A stretch of DNA of 64,000 nt from Rhynchopus sp. YZ270_cl-10 (GCA_964035575.1 OZ037835.1:1426001-1490000); one strand, 5' to 3'; positions 48,431-59,518 are shown, numbered from the stretch's first letter. The notes: generated by a model not told the origin, from the sequence alone. Made by a program: numbers and translations.

Positions 48431-50595
48431 AATTATGGGGTGATAGTTTCACATAATGCCGCGCGTACCTGTTTTGTTTAATGGTTTGCTGGTAGGGGCT
48501 GATGTGTTCAGCGGGTCGTACATCCGGAGACTGTAGGACTGGTCTGATTTGAAGCTGGAGACAAGCTCGAAATGAGGAAAGGGTAAAGTGCAAATAATCC
48601 TTCACCCCTGTTTTTCATCGGGTGTGCAGGTAGATGGGTGCAGGTGGGTACGTTTGTGCCGCGTGGGCGATACGTTTGGGACACCTCACGGAATCTGAGG
48701 CAACATCGTCATCCCTGACCAGTCATGGTACAGGCACAGGCAGAAAGATGATGTGGATGATGTGGATTTCCAGGATTCATGACCACTTGCGAGGTCGCAA
48801 GGAGGTGAGAATTTTTTTCAGACGATACATTTATCATTAGATCATGTGTCGTCACACTGTGTTGCACAAAATTTCACCCCACGGTGTATGAAAAAGTACC
48901 CCCTTCCCACCCAAAAACATGACCAAACCCATAACATGGTCCTTTACCCCCCCCCCTTACCCCCTCCTTTACCCCCCCCCCCCTTATTTTACCCCCCTTT
49001 TTCCAAAATTTCCGGTTCACCGACCCAAAGGGGGGGGGGGGGGTAGGGGGTCGCATTGTCCTCACAAAAAGTGAAATAAAAATTTTTTGCAACATAGAAA
49101 CTCGTTTCCCGTGGAAAACTAGACACATACCCACCCCAAAAATGTTCGGAGGATCCAAAGAAACCATTTTTTTACACTTTGGTGGGCTCAGAAATACCAA
49201 AAATGGGGAAAATTAGTGAAAAATGGACTTTTACCCCAAAATGGGGAAAAATGGTTTTTTAGCAAAAAAATTGATTTTTTTGGATCACCAGAGGTCTATT
49301 TTGGTGACTCTCTGGTGCAAATCGGGTCCCAGGGGTCCTGTGGACCTGATTTCAACGACCAACAGGCTTCTGTACCACTTGCAAATGATTTTTTTTGAGT
49401 TTTTGAGTCAAAAAAAGTGCCTCTGACCCCCTTGTCACCCCCTTGTCCAGTCCAGGACTTTTCCCCTGGCCATCACATAAAGTAGGGTATGATGCAAATT
49501 TGGGTTCATACCCCCCCCAAAAATGGTCTGCGGACCCAACGGAACCGGTTTTTGACCCTTTGGAGGACTTAGAAGCACTAGAAATGGGGAAAAGGAGTGA
49601 AAAATTGCCCTCCCCCCCAGATGGGGGGGCAGGGGCGGTTTTGGGCTAAAAAATACCAAATTAGGGCCGCCAGAGTCCTCTTGGGGCCACTCTCCAGTGG
49701 AAATCGTACTCCTGGGGGTCCTGTGGGCCTGATTTCGACGGGCTGCACCCTTTTGGGCCCTAGAACCGATCTTGGTTTGAAATATTGAGTCGAATATGAC
49801 CCCCTGAACCCGTGCGTATGCGTGTAAAGCACCCCCCTCACCCCTCCCCCCTCACTGCCCACCTTCTCCTCCCCTGACAGGCGTAACAAATAAAAAAACG
49901 GCCTCCCACTCACAAAAAGCGTCTGAGGATGCTGCTGAGTTCGTGAGGAGGTTCGCGGATGCAGAGTGGATCAGGGGTGTGTGCATGCGTGTCCTGATGA
50001 AGTGCTTCAGCTGCGCATCGAAATGCACGACTGTGGGGGGAAGGCAGAAAATGCCAAATTAAGGCCGCCAGAGGCCTCTTGGGGTCACTCTCCGGTGTAA
50101 ATCGTACTCCTGGGGGTCCTGTGGGCCTGATTACGACGGGCTGCACCCTTTTGGACCCTGCGAACCGATCTTGGTTTGAATTATTTAGTTAAATATGTCA
50201 AATTCCTCCAATCATGGGCTGTATACAGTACAAAATCATGAAAACACCAATAAAAAGGCATTTTTTTTCGTTTTTTCACGTCTTTTGCCGCAAAACCCCT
50301 CAAGAACCCCCGGAAACCCATTTTTGGGGTGGCGCAGGGTGTGGGTCACCACTGAAATGGCCCACCGGCGAAAAAATAATAATGAACAAGATAAAACAAA
50401 AAAGCTTGCGTTTCTTTTATCGAACAGATTTTATTCTCCGCCCCGTACCCAAAACGTAAACACCACTTTGAATCAGAAAAAATATTTTCTTTTCTTTTTT
50501 CTTCCACACGCGCTTGGTTTTTGTGTTTCATTAACTTTTATCAAAAAGCTTTACCGTTCTTTTCCCTCTTTTTCTTCTCTTCTTTCTCTCTCATT

Positions 50596-51987
50596 ATGCC
50601 TGCCACGGACACCCGCACGAAGGCGCAGCTCCTTGCGGCTCTGCGAGACATGAAGAGGCAGGCGGAGGATCAGAGGGCGGACCTGGAGGAGCGCGAGGCG
50701 CGGATGGAGAAGAAGCTGGATCGGGCAATGTCATCTTTGGCGGCGCGAGACCCGCCCGCCGACCACCAACAATATTGTTACGACCTCCAGGATGAAGGAA
50801 TGGAGGGTCGCGGGGGGTGGGATCAGAGCGGGTACGAGGCGTGGGACTATGGGGATGATAATGAAGGGGACCCCGTTGATGACGTGCCGGGTAACGGTGC
50901 AGATGTTGACGACGACGACGACCTGACGGAGGAACCGAATACGCAGACGACAAAGCCACCTGTGGTGAAGCCGGCGACGAAGGCTGCGACGCGTGCTGCG
51001 AAACCGTCTCCGCGTGCGTCCCCCGAAAGCCCTGCGACGTTGTCCGAGATGGTGGAGGCCGTGACGGCGGCCGTGCTGGCGCGTCTTCCTCCGCAGCTCC
51101 CCGCGCAGGGCAAGACGCCTGATGTCCCGCCGACGCCGAAGCTGGCTGGGAAGAGACGCAGAGACCCGCCGTGTGACATTTTCCCATTGCTGACAACGGC
51201 GGCTGCGGACGCCTTGTACGTGGCGTACACGGAGGAGCACGGGGACTTTTTCTTTGACCGCATGCCTGAAGAGGTGTCTCGTTTGCTCGCCAACTGCGAC
51301 AAGCAAGCCGAAGCCATGACGGTCTTATCGGATTACGCGCCGCTCTCCGCACCGAAGGGCCCTGTGACGCAGTCTTCTGCCGACGACGACCAGGAGGAGG
51401 AAGGTGCAGACATTCGGTGCTACACTGAAGTGTCCAGGTGGCCTGAGACGTTTGACGAGTCCTGGTTTGCGGAGTTTGAGCGGGTACTCCGTGCTAGGAC
51501 GGACATGTACGCGTTTCTGGGCAACCACGGGCTTCAGGAGAAACGCGACAGGACTTTTCTGACCATCCGAAACTTTTGGATCTTCCGGAACCAGAACCCC
51601 GCAGCGCTGACCGAATGGCTCCGCCGCATGAGGGGGCACATGGCTGAACTGGAGGCCCTCCGTGCCACCTACACCACGAGGTCCCCGGGGGCGGCCGAAC
51701 ACATGCGCAGGCAGCTCGAGTCGAATAATCTTCCTCGCGCCCTGCGTGACGCCCGCAGGAGGTTCGAGGTGGATTTTCGGCCTACGGGAAAGTCGAATGG
51801 GGCCACGCACAACACCACGCACTTTCCCAGAAAATCGACAGGCAGAGCGACCCCGCGGCCGGCCCAGACCCCGAAGCCCACACCGAAGACTGCCCCGAAG
51901 AAGCCGGAGGGGAAGGCCTGCCACCGGTTCCTGAAGGGGCTTGCGTGCCTCAAGCATCCTTGCCCGTTCGAACACCAGAAGCAGTGA
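50596..51987 (+). CDS. gag: Gag-like protein with N-terminal coiled coil and C-terminal CCCH zinc finger
   Basis: First ORF after repeat A1; ends in CHRFLKGLACLKHPCPFEH. Confidence 0.8.
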   Translation: MPATDTRTKAQLLAALRDMKRQAEDQRADLEEREARMEKKLDRAMSSLAARDPPADHQQYCYDLQDEGMEGRGGWDQSGYEAWDYGDDNEGDPVDDVPGNGADVDDDDDLTEEPNTQTTKPPVVKPATKAATRAAKPSPRASPESPATLSEMVEAVTAAVLARLPPQLPAQGKTPDVPPTPKLAGKRRRDPPCDIFPLLTTAAADALYVAYTEEHGDFFFDRMPEEVSRLLANCDKQAEAMTVLSDYAPLSAPKGPVTQSSADDDQEEEGADIRCYTEVSRWPETFDESWFAEFERVLRARTDMYAFLGNHGLQEKRDRTFLTIRNFWIFRNQNPAALTEWLRRMRGHMAELEALRATYTTRSPGAAEHMRRQLESNNLPRALRDARRRFEVDFRPTGKSNGATHNTTHFPRKSTGRATPRPAQTPKPTPKTAPKKPEGKACHRFLKGLACLKHPCPFEHQKQ

Positions 51988-52953
51988 CCACGATGGGAGG
52001 ACTCGGTGGCGGGGCTGGAGGCGCGAGCGACGTGTGCCGCGACGAAGGCGCAGACGCGCAGCATCGTGCGGAAGTACGAAATGTACACGCGCGCCTGCGG
52101 ACTCGGGCAGATGCCGCACCCTTTGCGCCTACGGGCGTTCGCCGCCGCAATGTTGTCGGATCGGATGAGCGCGGAGGAGAAGGAGAGGCTGCTGGTGCGA
52201 GCGCCGGGGCAACGTGGGCGACCCTTCTCCCTGGCGATGACGACGTCGGCGCTGGAGCGGTACGTGAACGTGCTGGCTCGGGTGCTGGAAGTGCCGGACA
52301 GTGTGCTGAGGGAGACCCGCAAGGGGCTGGTGCGCACTCGCCTGGAACGACGGGAAACCCCCACTCACGCGCCACCCCTGCCCTACACCTGCATGCAGCA
52401 GACTTGGAAGCGTCTCTGGCGAGAGGGAAACAGTGTTCTGTGTGCGGCCGTGGCGTTGGCGTGGACGGGTGCGCTGCGCATGGCAGACCTGCGTGCTATA
52501 CTCCCATCAGACGTCGTGCTCCCAGAAGCAGGCAGGGTGGGCACGGGCACCATTGCGATAAGGTGGTGGACGGTGAAGGAGGCCAGGCTACGAGGGGACC
52601 CAGCCGAGCTGCTATACACCCTCCCCGAGCATATGTTCCCTGCCATCCGCCGGTGGAAGCTACGCGGGATGGCGTTCAGTGTGTCAGACATCCGCAACCT
52701 GGGACGGGAGACCTCTCTGCACTTCCCCGAATATCGCGACCACTCCTGGAAGAGAGGGGCCTTGCAGCACTTGGCGATGATGGGGGCCACGTGGGGGGAT
52801 ATGCTGGTGGTGGCACGCCACAAGGAGGTCGACACGCTCCGCCGATACCTCTGGGGGTGCATCACTCCCGACTTCCTGTCCCTGGAGCGCACATCGGCGA
52901 TGCTGCACCGCCCGATACCCCAGAGCTGGAGAGCGTCGGGGCGCTCCGACTGA
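51988..52953 (+). CDS. Tyrosine recombinase (integrase) of the retroelement
   Basis: Motifs GALRMADL (R), TVKE (K), HSWKRGA (H..R), ARHK (H) and LRRYL (Y). The frame is open directly after the gag TGA. Confidence 0.9.
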   Translation, partial: PRWEDSVAGLEARATCAATKAQTRSIVRKYEMYTRACGLGQMPHPLRLRAFAAAMLSDRMSAEEKERLLVRAPGQRGRPFSLAMTTSALERYVNVLARVLEVPDSVLRETRKGLVRTRLERRETPTHAPPLPYTCMQQTWKRLWREGNSVLCAAVALAWTGALRMADLRAILPSDVVLPEAGRVGTGTIAIRWWTVKEARLRGDPAELLYTLPEHMFPAIRRWKLRGMAFSVSDIRNLGRETSLHFPEYRDHSWKRGALQHLAMMGATWGDMLVVARHKEVDTLRRYLWGCITPDFLSLERTSAMLHRPIPQSWRASGRSD

Positions 52954-54719
52954 CGGAACGGAACCGTGTGTCCGACTGGTGTCCGGAGTATGCGCGATCA
53001 TTGGAGACGTCCCACCCTCTGCTTGAGTGGGACTACGACATTGTGGCAGTGGTGGCGACACATGTGCGTGTGCTGGCGCAGGAGATCGATGCGGCGTGGC
53101 AGGGCTGCGACCTGTCGGAGGACAGTGAGACTTGTTTTGTGGAAGATCCGGAAGGCCACCTCCTGCACCTGAGCTCGGGCTCCGATGTGGCTGACTCGCT
53201 CCGCAGGCACGAGCGCATGATTGGGGAATGTGCGGCCTCGGTGTATGCGGTTGGTGTGGCCCGTGGTCCGTCGAAGGGTTGCGATGCGGCATTGGATGTG
53301 CTCCCGGACAGCCGCCTGAACCTATCTGTAGTGGAGGAAGGGCTGAACGAGTGGGAACGTACGCTCCTGAGGGACTATGTGAACGAGCCCATGCTGCATA
53401 CGACCACCCGCAAACAGTGCCAGACCTCCTCCTCGCTCACCTGTGCGGACCTCGCCAGCTTGGTGAAGAAGGGCATCCTGCGCGTAGCTGTGGGCAGGCC
53501 GCACATCACCCTCCCCACCTTCAAGATTGGCAAGAAGAACGGCCTGGCGCGCCTTCTGGTCGATGGGAGGGAGTTTGACAAGAGGTCAAAGCCAGTGCTC
53601 CCTCCGCTCACCCCACAACTCTCCGACCTCGAGCGTTTCGTGCTCCAGCACAACTTCTTCTGCTGTGTCGACTTTCTGGGATATTTTTTCCAGATCCCTG
53701 TCGGCCCCGATCTGCAGACCAAGCTGGGGATCAGGACCACAGAAGGGTATTTCTGCTTCCGGGTGGCGGTCCCGGGGATCAGCAGGGCTCCCTCTGTCGC
53801 GCAGCTGGCCACACTGGGGATGCTACAGCGAGCTAACCTCCGTTCAGTGTCCCTTGCGATATATGACGATGTCTGCATTGCAGGTCAGACACTGGCGGAG
53901 GTGGAGCAGCGACGACAGGCTTTCGATGCGACGTTGCGTGACGCGAACTGCGTGGTGAGGGAGGAGAAGCGGGTGGACCCCACACACTGCGCGGTGTTCA
54001 TTGGTGTCCAGCTGGACATGTCGGCGAAGACGTTGGCGCTGGACGAGGACTGGAGGAGTAAGCTGCTGGCGTCGCCTACGCCCCGGACTCTCACCTGCAG
54101 AGCGGTGGCCCACCACATTGGGTGCTACAGATGGGCGCACTTGGTCATGCGCACGCCGATCGCTGGGTTCACCCTGATGTGCCGCCTCTCTCGGCAGCTA
54201 AGCCGCCACTGCACTACGGCGAAAGAGTGGGACAGGTCGGTTACCTTGACGGGCTCCTTGCTAGCGGAGTTTCGCCGTGCTGAGAAGTGGCTGGCGGCGT
54301 GTCGTCCCCGGCGTGTTCTGGCAGATGCGCCTGCGTGGCACATATGGTCTGATGCCAGCGACGTGGGTGCGTCTGTTGTCTTGCTGGACCCTGTGGCACG
54401 GAAGGTGAAGGCACGTGTGGACTGGACGTGGGATGCTCTCCTGCTGACGTGCCGCCCACCCACGCCTATTCGCAGGAGGGAGCTGGTGACCGCCCTCATC
54501 GCCATGGCTGTGGCTGACTCTGTTGCCCCGCGAGGGTATGGATTGGATTGTTTTCATGACAATTCCACTGCGGAGTCACGCCACCGCAAAGGTTCGTCGC
54601 CCCACCCTCAGGAGGACCAGCTGATGGCAAGACTGATGTCAGGCATAAGTCTTCGGAGAAGGTTCACCACGCACCTGGTCGGGACGAAGCTGATGGTGGC
54701 GGACCTGGACACGCGATGA
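51993..54719 (+). CDS. pol: Reverse transcriptase-RNase H (DIRS-order), overlapping the YR ORF in the -1 frame
   Basis: RT motifs VDFLGYFFQI, PGISRAPSVAQ, IYDDVCI, FIG. RNase H motifs WSDAS, RELVTA, HDNSTA, ADLDTR. The true start is uncertain. Confidence 0.9.
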   Translation: MGGLGGGAGGASDVCRDEGADAQHRAEVRNVHARLRTRADAAPFAPTGVRRRNVVGSDERGGEGEAAGASAGATWATLLPGDDDVGAGAVRERAGSGAGSAGQCAEGDPQGAGAHSPGTTGNPHSRATPALHLHAADLEASLARGKQCSVCGRGVGVDGCAAHGRPACYTPIRRRAPRSRQGGHGHHCDKVVDGEGGQATRGPSRAAIHPPRAYVPCHPPVEATRDGVQCVRHPQPGTGDLSALPRISRPLLEERGLAALGDDGGHVGGYAGGGTPQGGRHAPPIPLGVHHSRLPVPGAHIGDAAPPDTPELESVGALRLTERNRVSDWCPEYARSLETSHPLLEWDYDIVAVVATHVRVLAQEIDAAWQGCDLSEDSETCFVEDPEGHLLHLSSGSDVADSLRRHERMIGECAASVYAVGVARGPSKGCDAALDVLPDSRLNLSVVEEGLNEWERTLLRDYVNEPMLHTTTRKQCQTSSSLTCADLASLVKKGILRVAVGRPHITLPTFKIGKKNGLARLLVDGREFDKRSKPVLPPLTPQLSDLERFVLQHNFFCCVDFLGYFFQIPVGPDLQTKLGIRTTEGYFCFRVAVPGISRAPSVAQLATLGMLQRANLRSVSLAIYDDVCIAGQTLAEVEQRRQAFDATLRDANCVVREEKRVDPTHCAVFIGVQLDMSAKTLALDEDWRSKLLASPTPRTLTCRAVAHHIGCYRWAHLVMRTPIAGFTLMCRLSRQLSRHCTTAKEWDRSVTLTGSLLAEFRRAEKWLAACRPRRVLADAPAWHIWSDASDVGASVVLLDPVARKVKARVDWTWDALLLTCRPPTPIRRRELVTALIAMAVADSVAPRGYGLDCFHDNSTAESRHRKGSSPHPQEDQLMARLMSGISLRRRFTTHLVGTKLMVADLDTR

Positions 54720-55511
54720 GCCGGTGCTTGCGTGTGAGTTTTTGATGTTGTGATGTCTGCGTTTTTATTGCTTTTACTTGTGTTTTTTGATTTTATTGAC
54801 GGCACTCTGTGGCAGGTGAGATAGCCCTGGCGGTCTCTCATCTCTCGGGTGTTTTTTCTTGTTGTTGTTGTTGTTTTCTTCTTTTTGCGTCTGTCGCGCG
54901 TATCGTCCATCCCTTGCCTATGCTGGTGTCCCGCCTGTGGTCACTGGGGCTACGGAGATGGGTGAAAATGAGGGGGGGGTAGTTGTTTATGTCCCTAGTT
55001 TCGACGCGAAACGTTTCCCCATGTATTGCACGGGAAACAATATATATGACAAACAGGTGCAGGGTGGTTCCGTGCTTATCATAGAACCCGGCACCTTGTG
55101 TGTCTTCCAAAAACCAAAAAGCGTTGTGTGTGAAGTTTTGAAGGAAGGAAAAATAAAATGAACAAGATAAAACAAAAAAGCTTGCGTTTCTTTTATCGAA
55201 CAGATTTTATTCTCCGCCCCGTACCCAAAACGTAAACACCACTTTGAATCAGAAAAAATATTTTCTTTTCTTTTTTCTTCCACACGCGCTTGGTTTTTGT
55301 GTTTCATTAACTTTTATCAAAAAGCTTTCCCTCCCTCCACTCCCTGCTTTTTCTTCATAAAGTTGTGCCTTATTGGCTTGATTGCTTGTTTAGCTCTTTC
55401 TCTGTGCTGCTCGCGCATTGTCTGTTTTCCCTTGCGTGCATGTTTTACATGGTGTTTCTCTCTGTTGCTACTGGCACACTGTTTTGTTTCTTCCTGTTGC
55501 ACGAAAGCGGA

Positions 55512-56997
55512 TGAGCTAATACTGGGTAACCCTGCTTGAGCTGAGTTCTTGATGATCCCGGGTGATTCCAGGGTTAGAGTTCTTGTGGCTTCTCGCATGG
55601 GTTGGTTCTGCTTGCGTAGAGATCTTGTTGATCCCGGGTGATAAAGAGACGGAGTGCCGTAGGGGCTCGTCTTTCCAGGGCTAGAGTTCTCGATGCCACT
55701 TGTAGGCTTGTTGATCCCGGGTGATAGGAGACTGAGCTCCATATGGGCTTGTCTCTCCAGGGGTAGAGCTCTGTGGTCGCCTGCATTACTGTGTATTTAT
55801 GCTCGGATGTTTTTTGTGTCTATTCGCGTATCTCTTTTCTTTCCTGGTACATGTATTCGGACGAGTGTATACTGGGTAACCCTGCCTGAGCAGAGTTCTT
55901 GAGGATCCCGGGTGATTCCAGGGGTAGAGTTCTTGTGGCTTCTCGCATGGGTTGGTTCTGCTTGCGTAGAGATCTTGTTGATCCCGGGTGATAAAGAGAC
56001 TGAGTGCCGTATGGGCTCGTCTTTCCAGGGCTAGAGTTCTCGATGCCACTTGTAGGCTTGTTGATCCCGGGTGATAGGAGACTGAGCTCCATATGGGCTT
56101 GTCTCTCCAGGGGTAGAGCTCTGTGGTCGCCTGCATTACTGTGTATTTATGCTCGGATGTTTCTTGTGTCCATTTGCTCTGTCTTACTTTCCTGTTACAT
56201 GAATGCGGATGAGTGTATACTGGGTAACCCTGCTTGAGCAGAGTTCTTGAGGATCCCGGGTGATTCCAGGGGTAGAGTTCTTGTGGCTTCTCGCATGGGT
56301 TGGTTCTGCTTGCGTAGAGATCTTGTTGATCCCGGGTGATAAAGAGACGGAGTGCCGTATGGGCTCGTCTTTCCAGGGCTAGAGTTCTCGATGCCACTTG
56401 TAGGCTTGTTGATCCCGGGTGATAGGAGACTGAGCTCCATATGGGCTTGTCTCTCCAGGGGTAGAGCTCTGTGGTCGCCTGCATTACTGTGTATTTACGC
56501 TCGGATGTGTTTTGTGTCTACTTGCTTATCTCTTTTCTTTCCTGTTACATGAATGCGGATGAGTGTATACTGGGTAACCCTGCTTGAGCAGAGTTCTTGA
56601 GGATCCCGGGTGATTCCAGGGGTAGAGTTCTTGTGGCTTCTCGCATGGGTTGGTTCTGCTTGCGTAGAGATCTTGTTGATCCCGGGTGATAAAGAGACGG
56701 AGTGCCGTATGGGCTCGTCTTTCCAGGGCTAGAGTTCTCGATGCCACTTGTAGGCTTGTTGATCCCGGGTGATAGGAGACTGAGCTCCATATGGGCTTGT
56801 CTCTCCAGGGGTAGAGCTCTGTGGTCGCCTGCATTACTGTGTATTTACGCTCGGATGTTTTTTGTGTCTATTTGCTCTGTCCTACTTTCCTGTTACATGC
56901 ATGCGGATGAGTGTATACTGGGTATCCCTGCTTGAGCTGAGTTCTTGATGATCCCGGGTGATTCCAGGGTTAGAGTTCTTGTGGCTTCTCGCATGGG
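55512..56997. repeat. Tandem array of 350/348-bp units (4 full + 1 partial) between repeats A2 and B2
   Basis: The anchor actgggta occurs at 55521, 55871, 56219, 56569 and 56917. Each unit contains three gatcccgggtgat ... ccagggNtagagYtct modules. Confidence 0.95.
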
Positions 56998-57678
56998 TAT
57001 CTCTTCTGCTGCCTGTAGACACATGATTTTGTACCTGTAGTGCTTGACGTAAGATTTAATGTTGATCTGGCCCGTCCTGGGAAGTGATCTTGTGGTCGGC
57101 ACTGAATGCGGTCATGTGTCTTTGTCTTACGATATTTTTGCCACCTCGATGTGGTGTTTCTTATGACGTTTCTCTGATACCTCCCTTGGGAGCATGAATA
57201 CATGCCTCTTTTAGCTCTGTCAGTACACAGCCAACCGGCGTGCTGCTCTTCTTACGTTTCTCTTGTCTTTGGTCATATATCAGTAGTTTATGCAAACGTC
57301 TCAAATTTAAAAACCCCTGTTACCTGTGTTGTCATTGTTTCCCTAGTTTCGACGCGAAACGTTTCCCCATGTATTGCACGGGAAACAATATATATGACAA
57401 ACAGGTGCAGGGTGGTTCCGTGCTTATCATAGAACCCGGCACCTTGTGTGTCTTCCAAAAACCAAAAAGCGTTGTGTGTGAAGTTTTGAAGGAAGGAAAA
57501 ATAAAAAAATTACATAAAAACGTTAGCCAATGCGACCCTCTAGGGGGGGGGGGGGGGGGGGTACACGACGGACTAGTTATGACCATGACAGGTGATTTTA
57601 CTAGTAAAATGACAGGTGAAAATTTTTGACAGGTGGTACCTGTCATTTTGACAGGTACCACCTGTCAAAATACAGGCA

Positions 57679-57878
57679 CCAGGTACCCAGGTGCCCAGGT
57701 ACCCAGGTACCCAGGTACCCAGGTACCCAGGTACCCAGGTACCCAGGTACCCAGGTACCCAGGTACCCAGGTACCCAGGTACCCAGGTACCCAGGTACCC
57801 AGGTACCCAGGTACCCAGGTACCCAGGTACCCAGGTACCCAGGTACCCAGGTACCCAGGTACCCAGGTACCCAGGTAC
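57679..57878. repeat. Octamer microsatellite (CCAGGTAC)x25
   Basis: Direct reading; one variant unit (ccaggtgc). Confidence 0.95.
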
Positions 57879-59518
57879 CCCCAATGACATAACGAAGTAT
57901 CGCTTGAAAGTACCGTTCAATAACCTTTCTTGGGTGTGCATGAAGTAGCACACAAGGTATATCAAACGGTAAATCAATCAGATAAACGTTACATCATCGG
58001 AAAATTGTTGGCACCGCCCCCCTGTCTTCGTATTTATTACGTCGACAGGCCAAACAGCGTTGGGCTCAGAAGAAGCAGTGCAAAACACTGGGGATCAACA
58101 TGAGAACCAACTCCCAACAACACAGGCTACCAAAGTAGCAGGTGGGGTGTTGCGGGTGTTTGGGGTGAAAGAAAATCGATTTTGGTAAGTTCCAGCAGAA
58201 AATTCTTAAGTTTGCACTAGTCGAGAGAGGCTTACCCGCTGCAGTGAAGCAGTGCACCCATTTAAGGATGGAGAAGCGTGACACGCACATACAAGTATGT
58301 ACGTTACTTCAACAAAGGCTGAATTCTGGTAATTCTAAGGGATGTGAATTCAGCCACCACGCAGGTAGTGTTTTAAGGTTCCTCGCTTTGTTCTGCACAG
58401 CGGCCTTATGATACAAAGGAGTTGCCCCCGCTCTCTTTCGCGCAAACTTAAGAAAATTCTGAAGTAACTACAACCTGGCGTGCGGGTACAGATGCATTGC
58501 TTTGTTCTTTCCTCAAAGTCATGTGTGATCTCTCGGGTCTGTACTAAAGTCAGTGTTTAGATAAGCATCCACTTGACTCGTTCTAACAACCGTTGAAATC
58601 TAGAACAAAACAACACACTGCCCCTTCTCACACCAAGCCGCCATGCTTCAAGAGCATGCCCTGGGCAAAAATTACTGTGACAAAAACTGGTTTCTGGGGG
58701 AACGCAATATTTTCTTGTGTCTAGTCCTCCGCAAGCAGAGGACAGACTTTCCGGATCCCGAAGTCGAATTTCTTGCACTAGCTATGCTCCCTGGGTTAAT
58801 GGCTATAGCAGTGACTGACAAGAGTTTCCCACCCCCAGATGAAGAAAGAACCGACGCAGAGTTGTGGCTTCTTCATAGTTTTTTCTGCATTTTATAAGTT
58901 CATCCTGTGAGGGAGGGTGTTTTTGGAGGTGTGATGGGAAGAGGAAAAGAAAAAGCAAGAAGAAGAGATATTACTTTTTTGGTGTCGCTACTAGTAAATG
59001 ACAGGTGTAAAGTATGACAGGTGGAAACCTGCCATGTCACAGGAAATGCTGTGTGTGTGTGTGTAACAAAATGAACGACCTCACCGACCCGCATAAAATA
59101 AAACTTATAAGAACAAAACCCAAGAAACAAACAAAAAAAAAAAAAAAAAGAGAGAAAACAAACAAGAGCAAACACTCTCAAAAGAAATGCTCGAGACTCG
59201 TTCCTCTTTGCTTGTTGCTCAAAAGACTATTAACGGGGGGGGGGGGGGAAAGTAAAGATTGTTTGTTGTTCGCTTCCACACCACTTCTGCACTCAGATTC
59301 AAGTCTTTTGGCTGTCCTTACAAGCGCCTGCCAAAACGCTCGCCTCGTGGGTGTGGACTTTTTTCTTTTTCTTTTTCCCTTTTTTTTCTTCGACTTGATT
59401 TACGGTATGGTTGTGTTTGACTGAAGTACAGAAAGTGTCGTGGAGCACAGGGAAGAAAAGAGAGAGAGGGAAAACCGGGGAGCGGGAGAGGGGAAAACCC
59501 GCAAACCTTAGATTTAAA

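Larger units (their letters stand above)
50381..57506 (+). mobile_element. Tyrosine-recombinase retrotransposon (VIPER/TATE-like; gag-YR-RT/RNaseH) with split direct repeats A1-B1-A2-B2
   Basis: A1 (50381-50552) = A2 (55157-55328) and B1 (54992-55158) = B2 (57340-57506). Three intact ORFs and no TSD. Confidence 0.92.
49046..57540. mobile_element. TA-flanked non-autonomous element (13-bp TIR) hosting the YR retrotransposon
   Basis: TA|gggggtcgcattg ... caatgcgaccctc|TA (12/13 match). Both TA dinucleotides are embedded in poly-G. Confidence 0.65.

Noticed and set aside
55512..56997. CRISPR array or protein-coding repeat
   Set aside because: The repeats are ~295 bp, the variable parts are homologous to each other and there are no cas genes. 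The unit lengths do not preserve one frame and the ORFs are short.
57573..57977. (VPRYPGTQ)n / (VPGYLGTW)n ORFs
   Set aside because: Translation of the CCAGGTAC microsatellite.
57884..58897. Possible degenerate gene between the microsatellite and the transposase
   Set aside because: Multiple stops in the frames examined and no recognisable motif.
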